The position numbers and the translations under genes were made by a program. A model generated the notes under the pieces. It was not told where the DNA came from and ran no database searches. It was given only the letters and a program-made list of their open reading frames with translations. 64,000 nucleotides of DNA from Convolutriloba macropyga (lineage: Eukaryota). Below are positions 11,009 to 26,000 of the stretch, in pieces. Position 1 is the first letter of the stretch; every line of letters starts with the position of its first letter. The stretch is from contig NC_134481.1 in NCBI RefSeq assembly GCF_964194025.1, positions 18,848,001-18,912,000 on the forward strand. Reading direction: 5' to 3'.

Positions 11009-14000
11009 GTAAGTGTTGTTGTTTCATTGTTTTACTTGTGCTTGCTAATTTAGACTTACATGCCCATTCTATCCATTTAAATACGTAGCTTTGTCAGTGA
11101 AGCTGTTCAATTAATAACGATGGTCCCTAATTTGCGTTTCCAATTTGGAGAAAAAACTAAACAAGGTGTGAACATGAATCTACAGTATTTAACTACTGCG
11201 TTTTAATAGCCGCACAGCGATATCTGGAGCTATTATTGGCCTTCTCTTGGTTATTTACGACTCGAAAAAGAGTATTGGTTTTCTTAAGGTTTTTTAACCG
11301 GAAGTACTATTCATTCAGAGGGCGTTCCGACCTAAAAGCGAAAGAGTAAAATTGCCGTGTTAACTAATTTTTTTCTGAGCGAGAGAATTTTTTTGATCAT
11401 GCGCTTCGATCAGTGAATGACATTTTGACTTTGAATTGTTGTTGACAGAATGCCTCATGTAGACAACCATTTTTAGCCGTTTTTCGTCTAAGTGACCCAG
11501 TTTTCTTGCTTATAATTTAGTTGTTTCTAAAAATAGTTTTTATAAGTTGTATTAATATGTGAACCTCTGAAATTGATACCATAGTGTTTTTGGGAGTCTA
11601 ATAATGCGTTTTAAATTCTAAAGATTTTTATTTATTTATTTTTTTAAATTAATTTCATTTTGGATCTTAAAGCGGATTTTTTTTTTCAAAATCGGTGCAT
11701 ATGGTAATTTACCTTTGATTTTTAATGCCTTAAATGCCTCTTCATTACGTGAAGGTTTCCAATTTTTGAACTATGTTTTTACATTTTAATCTATACAGGA
11801 GGACAGCTATCTGAGTTTGTGCTAAATAAGGAGAAATGTATTTGTTTTTCTACTTCATTTTTTCAATGCCTCATGTAGACAACCATTTTTAGCCGTTTTT
11901 CGTCCAAGTGACCCAGTTTTCTTGCTTATAATTTAGTTATTTCTAAAAATAGTTTTTATAAGTTGTATTAATATGTGAACCTCTGAAATTGATACCATAG
12001 TGTTTTTGGGAGTCTAATAATGCGTTTTAAATTCTAAAATATTTTATTTATTTATTTTTTTAAATTAATTTCATTTTGGATCTTAAAGCGGATTTTTTGT
12101 TCAAAATCGGTGCATATGGTAATTTACCTTTGATTTTTAATGCCTTAAATGCCTCTTCATTACGTGAAGGTTTCCAATTTTTGAACTATGTTTTTACATT
12201 TTAATCTATACAGGAGGACAGCTATCTGAGTTTGTGCTAAATTAGGAGAAATGTATTTGTTTTTCTACTTCATTTTTTCAATGCCTCATGTAGACAACCA
12301 TTTTTAGCCGTTTTTCGTCCAAGTGACCCAGTTCTCTTGCTTATAATTTAGTTTTTTCTAAAAATAGTTTCTATAAGTTGTATTAATATGTGAACCTCTG
12401 AAATTGATACCATAGTGTTCTTGGGAGTCTAATAATGCGTTTTAAATTCTAAAGATTTTTATTTATTTATTTTTTTAAATTAATTTCATTTTGGATCTCA
12501 AAGCGGATTTTTTTTTCAAAATCGGTGCATATGGTAATTTACCTTTGATTTTTAATGCCTTAAATGCCTCTTCATTACGTGAAGGTTTCCAATTTTTGAA
12601 CTATGTTTTTACATTTTAATCTATACAGGAGGACAGCTATCTGAGTTTGTGCTAAATAAGGAGAAATGTATTTGTTTTTCTACTTCATTTTTTCAATTGG
12701 TTTTTTAACTTTCAAAAATCCAGAACCGATCCTTCTGTTTTTTTTCATGTGTTTTGTTTCTTTCCCTACTGTCCCCATTCTAGCATGTATCAGTCTATCA
12801 TTTTTCTGAGATCTATAATTCTAATCAGCTCTGCTTATATCAGTTAATAAAAGAATGATATTTAAGCCTTTTTCTTAGATTTTTTTTGTTTACAATTGAT
12901 TTAATTTGACTGTGCGGCACTGAGAATTTGCTTGAACTGCTGTCTAAATATTTTGACTGAATGTTTTTTTCCTACGAATATTGTTGGAGTCTTAGTTTTG
13001 TTATTAAACAATTTTTTGCCTTTGAAGTATATTCTATTTTTGTTGATTAATTTGAAGTTTCTTCAACTATTTTGCTGATTTTTAGTGTTTTTGCAGTTTT
13101 GGCCCATTTTGTTTTTTTATTGAATTTATTGGTTGTTGAATTAAGGCCTCATGCCTGTGAGCTCCATTTACTACAAACGTTGCAACTTTCTTTTGCTACA
13201 AAATTGTCTCTTTCCATGCAATTCGACAAAAAATTAAAATTTAGCAGAACTCTTTTTCTCGTTTTCCGGTTTTTCGTCAATAATAGAGATGTTTGTGGGT
13301 TTATTAATGTGTGATGGATTTTTTTGGTCGGATAACTAGTTTTTATTTTATGTAAAAACGGTTTTCGTTTATGTGTAATTGTTTTACATGAAAAATTAAT
13401 TTGTTAAAAATTTTTTTTCATGTTAATTTCTGGCATTTTTTTCTTCTTTGACTTAATACTGTTGCTTTCTCTGCAATGATATGTTCTGCTTGGAAATATT
13501 AGCTATTTGAAATGCATTCGCTTCGATTCGTTTCCGGAATTCTGCCGGCTCTGTTTTTTTTATTTTATCATCAAAATTTTTGTTGCGACCATATGACGTC
13601 ACATTCACTTCAAATCTGCTTTTTTTTTCATTATTTCTAGTGTCTTTCTTGCGAGTGTTGTTGTTCTTTCGCGTGATTAAATTTTGGTCACACGTGACTT
13701 ACTCACTAAAAAATGACTTCCTCACTTTGAAATTGACTTTTCTTCACTTTAATTCAAAGAGATAAATTCAAGTGAATGTATGTGACTTTAAATGAAGGTT
13801 TATTGAGCGCAACTAGTAGAGGCAAGAATATTTTATACAGATTCCTAATCAAAATATAGCCTCTCCTTCAATGAAAAGAGTAATGCTTTTGGTCCGTCTT
13901 TTTTACTGTTTTTAAGACTTCGTCGATCTACTAAGCTATTGCGGCTCTTTTCTGGCAATCTGTCAGCTATGTTTTTAATGGTTTCACTTTGAGCGAGAAC

Positions 14001-17000
14001 TATGCAAGAAGTGTTTTTTTATGAATCAGTACGCAATTTTAGATCTACCCGTGGAAGTTCTGATTATCCAAAACAAGCGCAAGATAGCGCACATAACCCG
14101 TTTAATACCAAACGTATAAAACCTGTACGTCTTCGTCAGTAGTTTGATCATTTTTTTTATTTTGTCAATATCTATAAATTTGATTCTCAATTTTTATCTC
14201 TATGAAAACAAGATGGCTCGTGAGAGTCTGCGTAGAAAAGTATGTTCCAACCTACCTCTCAAGTTTGCAAAAAAAAAACAATAATGCCTGTAAGAAAAAT
14301 CGGTGGGATTATCCGAAAGCAACTTATATGCATTTGAAAAATTACTTGTGCTGTTCAGGTAAATGTGTCGTCTTTTTTGGCAGACAGAAACGAGAACTTT
14401 TTAACAACATCTTGAAAGATAACAAATTCTCGCACACCACACACACACATACACACTTACACACACACACACTCAAACACCAGCCCCAACCAAACATTTT
14501 TTTTTCATTTTGCAATTGATCTTTACTCAAGGTTCATCGCCGCTCATTTGGGTCTTCTTCGTTTTTTCTAAGTAACTAAGTGAGGACTATTTGGCAATAA
14601 AGTTCTTTAAAAAAGTGATTTTTAATGTTTCGCGAGCATAATAGTAAAACTATTAATTTTGCCTTACCACTGAGCTTAAACTTAGATTTAGTTTTAGAAT
14701 ATTTAGAGCCGCATTTTTTCACACATAAGAGGAGGTATTTTTTCAATTGTTTTTTCCTGGCAGTTTTTGCATTCTTTTTGTTTCTAACATTTAAAGGAAT
14801 TAACTCTCTCAGACTAATTGTCTCTTTATCTCTCTAACACTTACATACCACACAAATTACACCGACAGCTACATACACCCACACAAGAGCACTTATACAC
14901 AGACACACACACACAGGGACACACGCTAACATACACATATATGCACATACACCCACGCAAACGACCAGCACAAAACAAATACAAACCTCGAGAGCAAAAA
15001 AAACTTTATTTTCACTGTGGCAACTGATCTTTACTATGGTTCGTCATCGTTCATTTAAGTTTTGTTTGTTTTATCTTGAACAAAAAGTTTGGACTGAATT
15101 TTATAGAAATGCATTATTTAGTTTTCATTTCACAGAAACACTCACTGAGTGGAAAAGATTAATTCGAAGCAAAATACAGAGAATTGAAAAGTTAATGTTC
15201 CTAACATTTAAAGGAAATAACTCTGACTAATTCCCTATTTATCTCTCTTATACATACCTACAACACAAATTACACCCACACATATAGACACCCACACAAG
15301 AGCACTTAAACACACACGCGGGCACACATACACATACATATGTACGCATACACATACCTACACTTACATAAGCATACATACACATGCATACACAGAACTA
15401 CACATACATTCATATACATGCGTACATGTACACACACGCACACAACAATTACAATACAGATACAAACTCCTAGAGCAAAATAAAAACAGTTTTTCGTTTC
15501 ACTCTTGCAACTGATCTTTACTCATGTTTCGTCATCGTTCTTTTAAGTCTTTTTTATTTTATCTTGAGAAAGAAGTATGGACTGAATTTTATGGAAATGC
15601 AGTATTTAGTTTTCATTTTACAGAAACGCCCACTAACCGAAAAAAAATTAATTCGAAGCAAAATAAAGAGAAGTGAAAAATTATTATATAATTTCATAAA
15701 AATTAATATTCTTCTATCGAGTTTTTTAACCTGAGAATCCATAAACTGTAACTCTCAAATTGTTTTGTGTTTTATTGTACAAGAGGAGTTTAGCTCAGGC
15801 AATTTTCTTTGACAATATAAAGAATACAAATAAAAATAGACATTAAAAGTAAATATTTCCACCTTTTTAATTCCAATAATTAATTTTGTTGATTTAATGT
15901 TTATTAAATGAAACCGGTTTGTTCGCGTCTCTGTGAGTCTGAAGATACTAACGTGGTTAGTTTTGATGAGTTAAGGAGATTTTGTCAGAAGACAACTCTG
16001 GAAGTCTGAAAAAAAAGAAAATTTCTGCTTTTGCATTTTCCAAGTTAAATTTTGCTATTTTTAGAGCTCTAAGTTGCCTGAAATTCTCTTTTCCAAAAAA
16101 ATCTGTTTAACACAGGAAAACATTGGTACTTACAATAATTTTAATTAGCTGAAAACAGAGAGACGGATAAAATATTTTTTAGGCAAAATTTTTTTATAAT
16201 ACACTAGTTAATTAATTGCATTCGAACGAAGTTTGTAGCAATCATATTAGTCCTTTGGTCTTTTTTATGCGATTTTTTGTGCTTAGCGGATTTTTTTAAA
16301 CTTTTTTGGCTAAAAACGGGATAAACAGGTAAAGTCCGACGCCTTCTTAGAGCCCTACGCCTTACTAGTTTCTAAGTATCCGATTCACCAAAGTTGTTGT
16401 AGAGACATTTATTCAGAGTGTGAAGTGTGGTTCGTATAGTTTGTCCTCGTCCCCCCCACCACTACAACCCCCTCTTGCTAACCTCACATCACATCAGCCC
16501 CCTCCCTCAGTACATGCTCCCTGCAGATTGTTCCATCCGTAACCCAGGCCGCTCGCCCCCTCCCCGCCCTGTGATGCTCGAGGTGCCTTAAGAAGGTGCG
16601 CAAGGGATTTTTTTAAAATTTTTAAACAGTTTGCTGAACCAAAAACAAAAAAACAAATCAGCTATCACAGTGTCAACCTTCTGTTGATTTTGCAATGATT
16701 CCCGTTATAGGTTGGTCGGTAACTTCTAATATGAAACTGCACCCTCGTCCTCGAGCCCAAAACGTTTTTCATGAGGAAATACGCCCTATTGGAAATAGTG
16801 GATTTTTATAGCCAGTTATGTGGTAGCTCGTTCACCGCAAGGTTGGAAGTAATGTGCACCATTTAGCTCTGGTGGGTGCTGGGAAGTGAGAATAATAAAA
16901 CAACACATGATTGTTTAATTTTAAGGGCACCGGTGGTTTCCTGCCGGCTATGAAACAAATTGGCAACGTTGCAGCTCTACCCGGAATTGTGGGTCGATCA

Positions 17001-20000
17001 ATTGGTCTTCCAGATGTGCATTCTGGCTATGGCTTTGCAATCGGCAACATGGCCGCTTTTGACATGGACAACCCTGACAGCATTGTGTCTCCGGGTGGAG
17101 TGGGCTTTGACATCAATTGTGGCGTAAGACTTTTGAGGACCAACTTGTCAGAATCGGACGTCCGGGTTAGTTGGACATTCGTTTCTTAAATTCAAGTACA
17201 ATTTTTTTTCAAAAATAGGGTTCTTCAACTCGCGATACTTTTTTTTCAAAATTCATTAGTAACATTTTCGGTTTTTAAAATGATTTTTCATTATATTGGG
17301 ATCCCAAAATTTGAGGTGATATTTTTGGTGATAATGTATCAATTGGATGCCTGTTTACATGAGTTAACGTGAGCTCATGGATACATACATGTTTAGAAAT
17401 GGAAGTTTGGAAATTTACTAATAAGATCCATTTTGTTGATCTGGATAGTAAATCAATAGTCTACAATATTTATTCAGACTCATTTTTTGTAGTCTTTACT
17501 TTGAGAAATGTCTGGATTTATTTGAGCAAAATACCCTTTTGGAAATGTGGAATTTTTGTTAGCCCGTTAAAGAGCAACTGGCGCAGTCAATGTTCAACCA
17601 CATTCCAGTGGGTGTTGGAAGCAAAGGGGTGATCCCAATGGGTGCGAGGGATCTTGAGGAGGCACTGGAAATGGGCATGGACTGGAGTCTAAGGGAGGGA
17701 TATGTTTGGGCGGAGGACAAAGAGCACTGCGAGGAATATGGCAGGATGTTGCAGGCAGATTCATCCAAAGTCTCATTCAAGGTATGCAACAAATCTAATG
17801 GGCTCAAGTATCCGAAAGAAACTGTGGTTCAAGGGTTTTTTAATAGCCGCGCAGCGATAGCTGGGGCTATTATTGGCCTTCTCTTGGTTTTCTTTTACTT
17901 CGTCGTCAAGATTTTTGTTACGACCATATGACGTCACATCCACTTCAAATCTGCTTTTTGTTCATTTGTTCATGAAATTTCAGCTGAAGTGCGTGTGTGA
18001 CGTCATTTTCTGCTCTTAATCGAGCGAATTTTTTGTTCATTTGCGTGATTAAATTTTTGGTCACACGGGACTTACCTCACTCTCAAAAATGAATTCCTCA
18101 CTTTGAAATTGACTCTTATTTATTTTAATTCAAAGAGATAAGGTCAAGTGAATGCGTGTCACTCTAAATGAAGATTATTTGATCGCAGCTTTATAGAGCA
18201 GCAATTACTTATACAGATTTTTAATCAAAATATAACATTCTCAGCCTTCAATGAAAAGACTATTTTTTGGTCTGTCTTTTAATGTTTTTTTTGAGACTGC
18301 AGATCTACGAAGCTATTGCGGCTATTTTTGGCAATCTGCCAGCTATGTTTATTATATTTGCAAGCTTTATTATATTTATATTATATTATACTGTTTGTAT
18401 TAAGTTGTAAGCTGAGCGTCGCTATTTTACGGTGTTTGTGGTTTTTGAATTGAATTATATTGGGGCCCTGAAACCACCCCCCCCCCCCCACCTCACCCCC
18501 AAACCTAGCTACCCCACCTAGCCCCAATCTCCCTTTCACTCCGTTTACCTACCCGAGGCCCGACACCAACACCCCGAATTAAAAATTGATCTGTGAGTTT
18601 TTTAATAGCCGCAAAGCGATAGCTGAGGCTATTATTGGCGTTCCCTTGGTTTTTCTTTATTGCAACAGAATTTTTGTTTCAACCATATGACGTCACAATC
18701 AGTTCGAATCTGTTTTTTGTTCATTCGTTTTTGCAATTTTAACTGAATTGCGTGCGTGACGTCTTTTTCACTCTTAGTTGAGAGTTTTGTGCTTATTCTC
18801 CCGATTAAGTTTTAAGTCCAAGTGAGTTGCCTCACTCTCAAAAACGAATTTTTCGCTCTGATATCGATTTTTTTTTACTTCAGTTCAAGCAAATAAGGTC
18901 AAGTGAGTGCGTGTCTTTCTAATTGATGGTTATTTGAGTGCAGCTAATATAAGCAGCAATAAGTTAATAAGGTTCTTAGTCGCAATATAACATCTCAGCA
19001 TTTAATAAAACGAAATTTCTCTTTACGTCTGTTTTTTTTTTACTATCTTTTTGATACTTCAGATCTACGGAGCTTCCGTGGCTATTTTCTGGCTAATTTG
19101 AAGATTTTCCATCTACTTTGCTGATTTTTAGGCCATTCTGTTCCTAATGTTTCGTTTTACCGCTTTAAGTGGGATTTGTGGGGACGCTTATTACTTTAAG
19201 TAATTTGAAATATCAATTGATAAACGGTTGATGATATAATTTTTTTGTGGAAAAACGACAAAAAATTGAAAGTTTAAACTGTTTTTCTTTTTTTTTCTTT
19301 TTTAAGAGAGTTTCTTAGCCCATTAAGACTTGTATAGTTTTTTGAAATGATTTTCTTGTTTATCTGTCAATTGGTAAGTTTGTTTATTGAATGACAGTCA
19401 TCTTGTTGCGTTGTCTTTGCTAATAGTTGTTTTGTGGCCACAACTTCTAAATAAGTTTTTATCGGATGCTTTATCAGCTGTTCTGGTGAGATACGTTTCC
19501 ATTGTTCATTTTACTGTTTGTTTTGGTTAGTATTGGTGTTTTGGTAGTATGGTTAGTATTAAAGAGAAGGATTTGATTTATGTCAGTTAGCTTGGTCAAT
19601 TTCTTCCTTCGAGTCGTTTGCGGCATTCGTCCTATGTTTTCTTAAGATATATTAACACCTTTTCGTGATTTTAAAGTCAAAATGAAGTATGATTTTGCGG
19701 CGTGCATTTTTTTACTCTCGTTTTTAAGTAGAGCGAGAAAATGAAGTTCCGACGAAAGTGCTTTTTTGTTTAGTCAAGGAAAGTTCTTTGAGTTGTTTCA
19801 GGACTTGTCCTGCTATTTCTTTTTACAATTCAAAGAATTTGAATTGTATTGGGGCGCTGTCTTTTTTTCATGATTCTCATGATTTTTTAAGTGAAATTGG
19901 AATAGTGATTTTGGTCACGCCGAAACAGGAAAAGGAGCGAAAAAGTGAGTGGTTTTGCGGCGTGAATTTTTTTGCTCTAATTTTAAAGTAGAGTGCGAAA

Positions 20001-23000
20001 ATGGTGTTTGAACAAAAATTCGGTTTCTCGGTAGTGGTTTTTTGTTCACATGCGGCAATTTCACTCTGAGTTTTACTGTTTTTTCAATTTTTTGGATCGG
20101 ATTTATTTCTAAATGGTTTTCCCAATCCATACACAGCTCATTCTAGGCTTAGTTTTTTGTTTGAATTAAATTTTCATTTCTCGCTAGTGGTTTTTCTGTT
20201 CACATGCGGCATTTTGACATTGATTTTTTGTTTTTTTTTCTTATCTTTTGATCTGATTGTTTTAAAATGGTTTTCTCAATTCACTCATAGTCCATTCTAG
20301 GTCTACTTTTTTTGTTTAGTCAATGAAAATTCTTTGAATTGTACGTCAGGACTTGTCCTGCTATGTTTTTTTGTTTCGTCATCTGACGCTTTTTTCGATT
20401 TATATTTGTTCACACAGCGCAGCTGAAATCAAATTTTCTGAATGACTTCTTCCTCTCACTAACAGCATCTGCGTGCGTTACGTCATTTATCATTCTCTCC
20501 TGGTAAAAGCTTAGAGGTCATTTGCGTGATTAGATTATGATCATACCCGACTTACCTCACTCCATAAAATGACATTTGCACTTAATAACTTAAGTTTAAT
20601 TCGAATCAGTTTAAGGTTATTCAGCGGATTGAATTTTTACAAGTCGTATTATTTCTCCTCTACGTTTTTACAATTTATTTGAGCGGCGTCAATAAATTTG
20701 CGAATACAAGGGTTATATCAGTGATTTATGCCCATTGATAGAGATTTTTCCAATCATTCAGTTTGCTTGACTGTTTGTGAGAAACAATAACTTTTGAATG
20801 GTAATCATTACTTTCCATGCTAATTTTTTTCCTTTGGTTGATTTTGTTGTTGAATTTGGCAGCACCAAAAACCACTGCCATTTGCTGACAAAGACTAGAT
20901 AGCCGTCTGCTTTCAAAAACTCGTCAACATCTTATAATCTGTCATCAGTAGTGTCCATAATTTTTTTGAGTCAGTTTCCAATTTTGTACAAGATTACCCG
21001 TACCTTACCTCCAGAGTAGATCAGAGCTGGAACAGAGTAAATTCAGGAAAACTCTCAGAGCTGGATCAGAGTCTGATCAGGTCACTTTTTAGGCTTGACA
21101 GAGTAGCTCCAGAGTAGAAGTATGCGGTTACACTTGACAGAAGAACTCCCAGAGTAGCATTACTCTGGGCTATCCTTGACAGAGCTGGGCCCATAGCAGG
21201 CCTACTCTGGGACAACTCTTGACAGAGCTGGCCTACTCTGGGACAACTCTTGACAGAGCTGGCCTACTCTGGGACAAGTCTTGACAGAGCTAGCTCAGAG
21301 CGGGCCCACTCTGGGATAACTCTTGACAGAGCTGGCCCAGAGTAGGCCTACTCTGGGACAACACTTGACAGAGCTGGCTCAGAGCAGGCCTACACTGGAA
21401 CAACTCTTGACAGAGCTGGCTCAGAGCAGGCCTATTCTGGGACAACTCTTGACAGAGCTGGCTCAGAGCAGGCCTACACTGGGACAACTCTTGACAGAGC
21501 TGGCTCAGAGCAGGCATACTCTGGGACAACTCTTGACAGAGATGGCTCAGAGCAGGCCTACTCTGGGACAACTCTTGACAGAGCTGGCTCAGAGCAGGCC
21601 TACACTGGGACAACTCTTGACAGAGCTGGCTCAGAGCAGGCCTACTCTGGGACAACTCTTGACAGAGATGGCTCAGAGCAGGCCTACTCTGGGACAACTC
21701 TTGACAGAGCTGCCTCAAAACAGGCCTACTCTGGGACAATTCTTGACAGAGCAGGCCTACTCTGGGACAACTCTTGACAAAGCTGGCTTAAAGGAGGCCT
21801 ACAATGAGACTACTCTGAAGAGAAAGATCTCAGAGTACCACTACATTTCCCAGAGTAGCTACAGTTCTCTGGAGAATTTTTCTAGAACTTTATTGTGATA
21901 TAGCTTTTACAATAGTTGCAGAAAAGATAGGAATAGTTTGGAAAAGTTTTCGAAAAAAACGAAAGATATAGACTTCACATTCATCCAATATCTTTTACAG
22001 GTGAATTGGATTTTTCTTGTTCTGATGTGTTCTTTTAATTTTGCAGTCAACATTTTTGAAGTCATTTGCTTCATAAAAAGATAATGCGAGCTATTTTTAC
22101 CTAGATTTTCTCAGCTTAACAAAAAAAATGAAAGTAAAACTGCCATTGTACAAAATTATTAAATTTAGAAAAATGTTTTAACTATTCATAAAATAACGTC
22201 AGAACGCAATAAACATAATAAAATCAACAATAATGTCATCTTCATGAAATAAAATAGAACGAAAATCAATTGAAATATCAAGTTTATAACCAAACAACAT
22301 TGAGTCAAATTTGAACTATGTTTTTCACTCCATTAGAAACACATTACTATTTGTCATGAAATTCCTGTCTCGCCATTGCAGAGACAACAAGTGCTTTTGG
22401 ACGAGAATTGTTGAATGTTTTGTCAGTTTCCGTAAACACGTATAATTCTGTTTGATTGTCGAAAAAGATGTGCGCCCACATTTGAGGTAGAATTGCGTTT
22501 TAGGTAAAATTGTGACAACTTTTCTCCCAGAATGATCCCTGTGTCTCCTCCAGTGTTTCGGATTTTCAGAAAAGTTTTCAGAATAGAGAACTCTAAGGCC
22601 TTAAAGCCAGGAGAGAAAGAGACTCAAGTTCAAGTATGGATAATAGCTCTGTGGCCAAATAACCACGAGAGCCAGTTTTGATGGTGTTAGTCAAAAGCCT
22701 CAAAGCACGGAGAACTCTGCAGCCTTAAATTTAAAAAAATATATATAAAAATCTGTGGCCAAATAACCACGAGAGCCAGATTTTATGGTCTTATTTTAAA
22801 GCCTCAAAGCCCGGAGAACTCTGTAGACTTAAATTTAAAAATGAATTTCTGTGGCCAAATAACCACGAGAGTCAGCTTAGTTTTAAATGTCGCATGAAAG
22901 TAACTCTGAGGTCCTCAAACCAGGAAGGTCTCCTATTATTAACAACAGCTTTTAACACCAACTCTAATGCCGAAGAAGCAATGAGAGTCAGACCAAAACT

Positions 23001-26000
23001 TTGCTAGTGTTAAAAATAAAGAACTCTAAGGCCTTAAAGCCAGGAGAGAAAGACTCAAGTTCAGGTATGAATAATAGCTCTGTGGCCAAATAACCACAAC
23101 AGCCAGATTTTATGTTCTTATTTTAAAGCCTCAAAGCCCGGAAAACTCTGGAGACTTAAATTTAATTAAACATAAATTTCTGTGGCCAAATAACTACGAG
23201 AGTCAGCTTAGTTTTAGAGGTCGTATTGAAAGAAACTCTGAGGTCCTTAAACCAGTTAGGTCTCCGATTACCACCAACAGCTTTTAACACCAACTCTAAT
23301 GCCAAAAAAAGCAATGAGAGTCAGACGAAAATTCTACAATTGTTCAAAATAAAGAACTCTAAGGCATTAAAGCTAGGAGAGAAAGAGACTCAAGTTCAAG
23401 TATGGATAATAGCTCTGTGGCCAAATAACCACGAGAGCCAGTTTTGATGGTGTTAGTCAAAAGCCTCAAAGCCCAGAGAACTCTGCAGACTTAAATTTAA
23501 AAACTATATATAAAAATCTGTGGCCAAATAACCACGAGAGCCAGATTTTATGGTCTTATTTTAAAGCCTCAAAGCCCGGAGAACTCTGTAGACTTAAATT
23601 TAAAAATGAATTTCTGTGGCCAAATAACCACGAGAGTCAGCTTAGTTTTAAATGTCGCATGAAAGTAACTCTGAGGTCCTCAAACCAGGAAGGTCTCCTA
23701 TTATTAACAACAGCTTTTAACACCAACTCTAATGCCGAAGAAGCAATGAGAGTCAGACCAAAACTTTGCTAGTGTTAAAAATAAAGAACTCTAAGGCCTT
23801 AAAGCCAGGAGAGAAAGACTCAAGTTCAGGTATGAATAATAGCTCTGTGGCCAAATAACCACAACAGCCAGATTTTATGTTCTTATTTTAAAGCCTCAAA
23901 GCCCGGAGAACTCTGGAGACTTAAATTTAATTAAAAATAAATTTCTGTGGCCAAATAACTACGAGAGTCAGCTTAGCTTTAGAGGTCCTATTGAAAGAAA
24001 CTCTGAGGTCCTTAAACCAGTAAGGTCTCCGATTACCACCAACAGCTTTTAACACCAACTCTAATGCCAAAAAAGCAATGAGAGTCAGACGAAAACTCTA
24101 CAAGTGTTCAAAATAAAGAACTCTAAGGCATTAAAGCCAGGAGAGAAAGAGACTCAAGTTCAAGTATGGATAATAGCTCTGTGGCCAAATAACCACGAGA
24201 GCTAGTTTTGATGGTGTTAGTCAAAAGCCTCAAAGCCCGGAGAACTCTGCAGACTTAAATTTAAAAAATATATATAAAAATCTGTGGCCAAATAACCACG
24301 AGAGCCAGATTTTATGGTCTTATTTTAAAGCCTCAAAGCCCGGAGAACTCTGTAGACTTAAATTTAAAAATGAATTTCTGTGGCCAAATAACCACGAGAG
24401 TCAGCTTAGTTTTAAATGTCGCATGAAAGCAACTCTGAGGTCCTCAACCAGGAAGGTCTCCTATTATTAACAACAGCTTTTAACATCAACTCTAATGCCG
24501 AAGAAGCAATGAGAGTCAGACCAAAACTTTGCTAGTGTTAAAAATAAAGAACTCTAAGGCCTTAAAGCCAGGAGAGAAAGACTCAAGTTCAGGTATGAAT
24601 AATAGCTCTGTGGCCAAATAACCACAACAGCCAGATTTTATGTTCTTATTTTAAAGCCTCAAAGCCCGGAGAACTCTGGAGACTTAAATTTAATTAAAAA
24701 TAAATTTCTGTGGCCAAATAACTACGAGAGTCAGCTTATCTTTAGAGGTCGTATTGAAAGAAACTCTGAGGTCCTTAAACCAGTAAGGTCTCCGATTACC
24801 ACCAACAGCTTTTAACACCAACTCTAATGCCAAAAAAGCAATGAGAGTCAGACGAAAACTCTACCAGTGTTCAAAATAAAGAACTCTAAGGCATTAAAGC
24901 CAGGAGAGAAAGAGACTCAAGTTCAAGTATGGATAATAGCTCTGTGGCCAAATAACCACGAGAGCCAGTTTTGATGGTGTTAGTCAAAAGCCTCAAAGCC
25001 CGGAGAACTCTGCAGACTTAAATTTAAAAAATATATATATAAATCTGTGGCCAAATAACCACGAGAGCCAGATTTTATGGTCTTATTTTAAAGCCTCAAA
25101 GCCCGGAGAACTCTGTAGACTTAAATTTAAAAATGAATTTCTGTGGCCAAATAACCACGAGAGTCAGCTTAGTTTTAAATGTCGCATGAAAGTAACTCTG
25201 AGGTCCTTAAACCAGTAAGGTCTCCGATTACCACCAACAGCTTTTAACACCAACTTTAATGCCAAAAAAGCAATGAGAGTCAGACGAAAACTGTACAAGT
25301 GTTCAAAATAAAGAACTCTAAGGCATTAAAGCCAGGAGAGAAAGAGACTCAAATTCAGCTCTGAATAATAGCTCTGTGGCCAAATAACCACGAGAGCCAG
25401 ATTTTATGGTCTTATTTTAAAGCCTCAAAGCCCGGAGAACTCTGCAGACTTAAATTTAAATAAATATCACTTTCTGTGGCCAAATAACCACGAGAGCCAG
25501 ATTTTATGGTCTTATTTTAAAGCCTCAAAGACTGGAGAACTCTGAGACTTAAATTGAACTAAAAAAAATTTCTGTGGCCAAATAACCACGAGAGTAAGCT
25601 CAGTTTTAAATGTCGCATGAAATGAAAGCAACTCTGAGTCCCTTAAACCAGCAAGGTCTCCTATTATCAACAACAGCTTTTAACACCAACTCTAATGCCA
25701 AAGAAGCAATGAGACTCCTACGAAAACTTTGCTAGTGTTAAAAATAAAGAACTCTAAGGCCTTAAAGCCAGGAGAGAAAGGGACTCAAGTTCAGGTATGA
25801 ATAATACCTCTGTGGCCAAATAACCACGAGAGCCATATTTTAGAGTCTTATTTCAAAGCCCGGAGAACTCTGGAGACTTAAATTTAACTAAAAGTAAATT
25901 TCTGTGGCCAAATAACCACGAGAGTCAGCTTAGCGTTAAAGGTCGTATTGAAGGCAACTCTGAGGTCTCCAATTACTAACAACAGCTTTTAACACCAACT

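Noticed and set aside
21290-21898. 149-aa and 191-aa repetitive ORFs on both strands
   Set aside because: By-products of a stop-free 42-bp subterminal tandem repeat; no evidence of coding.
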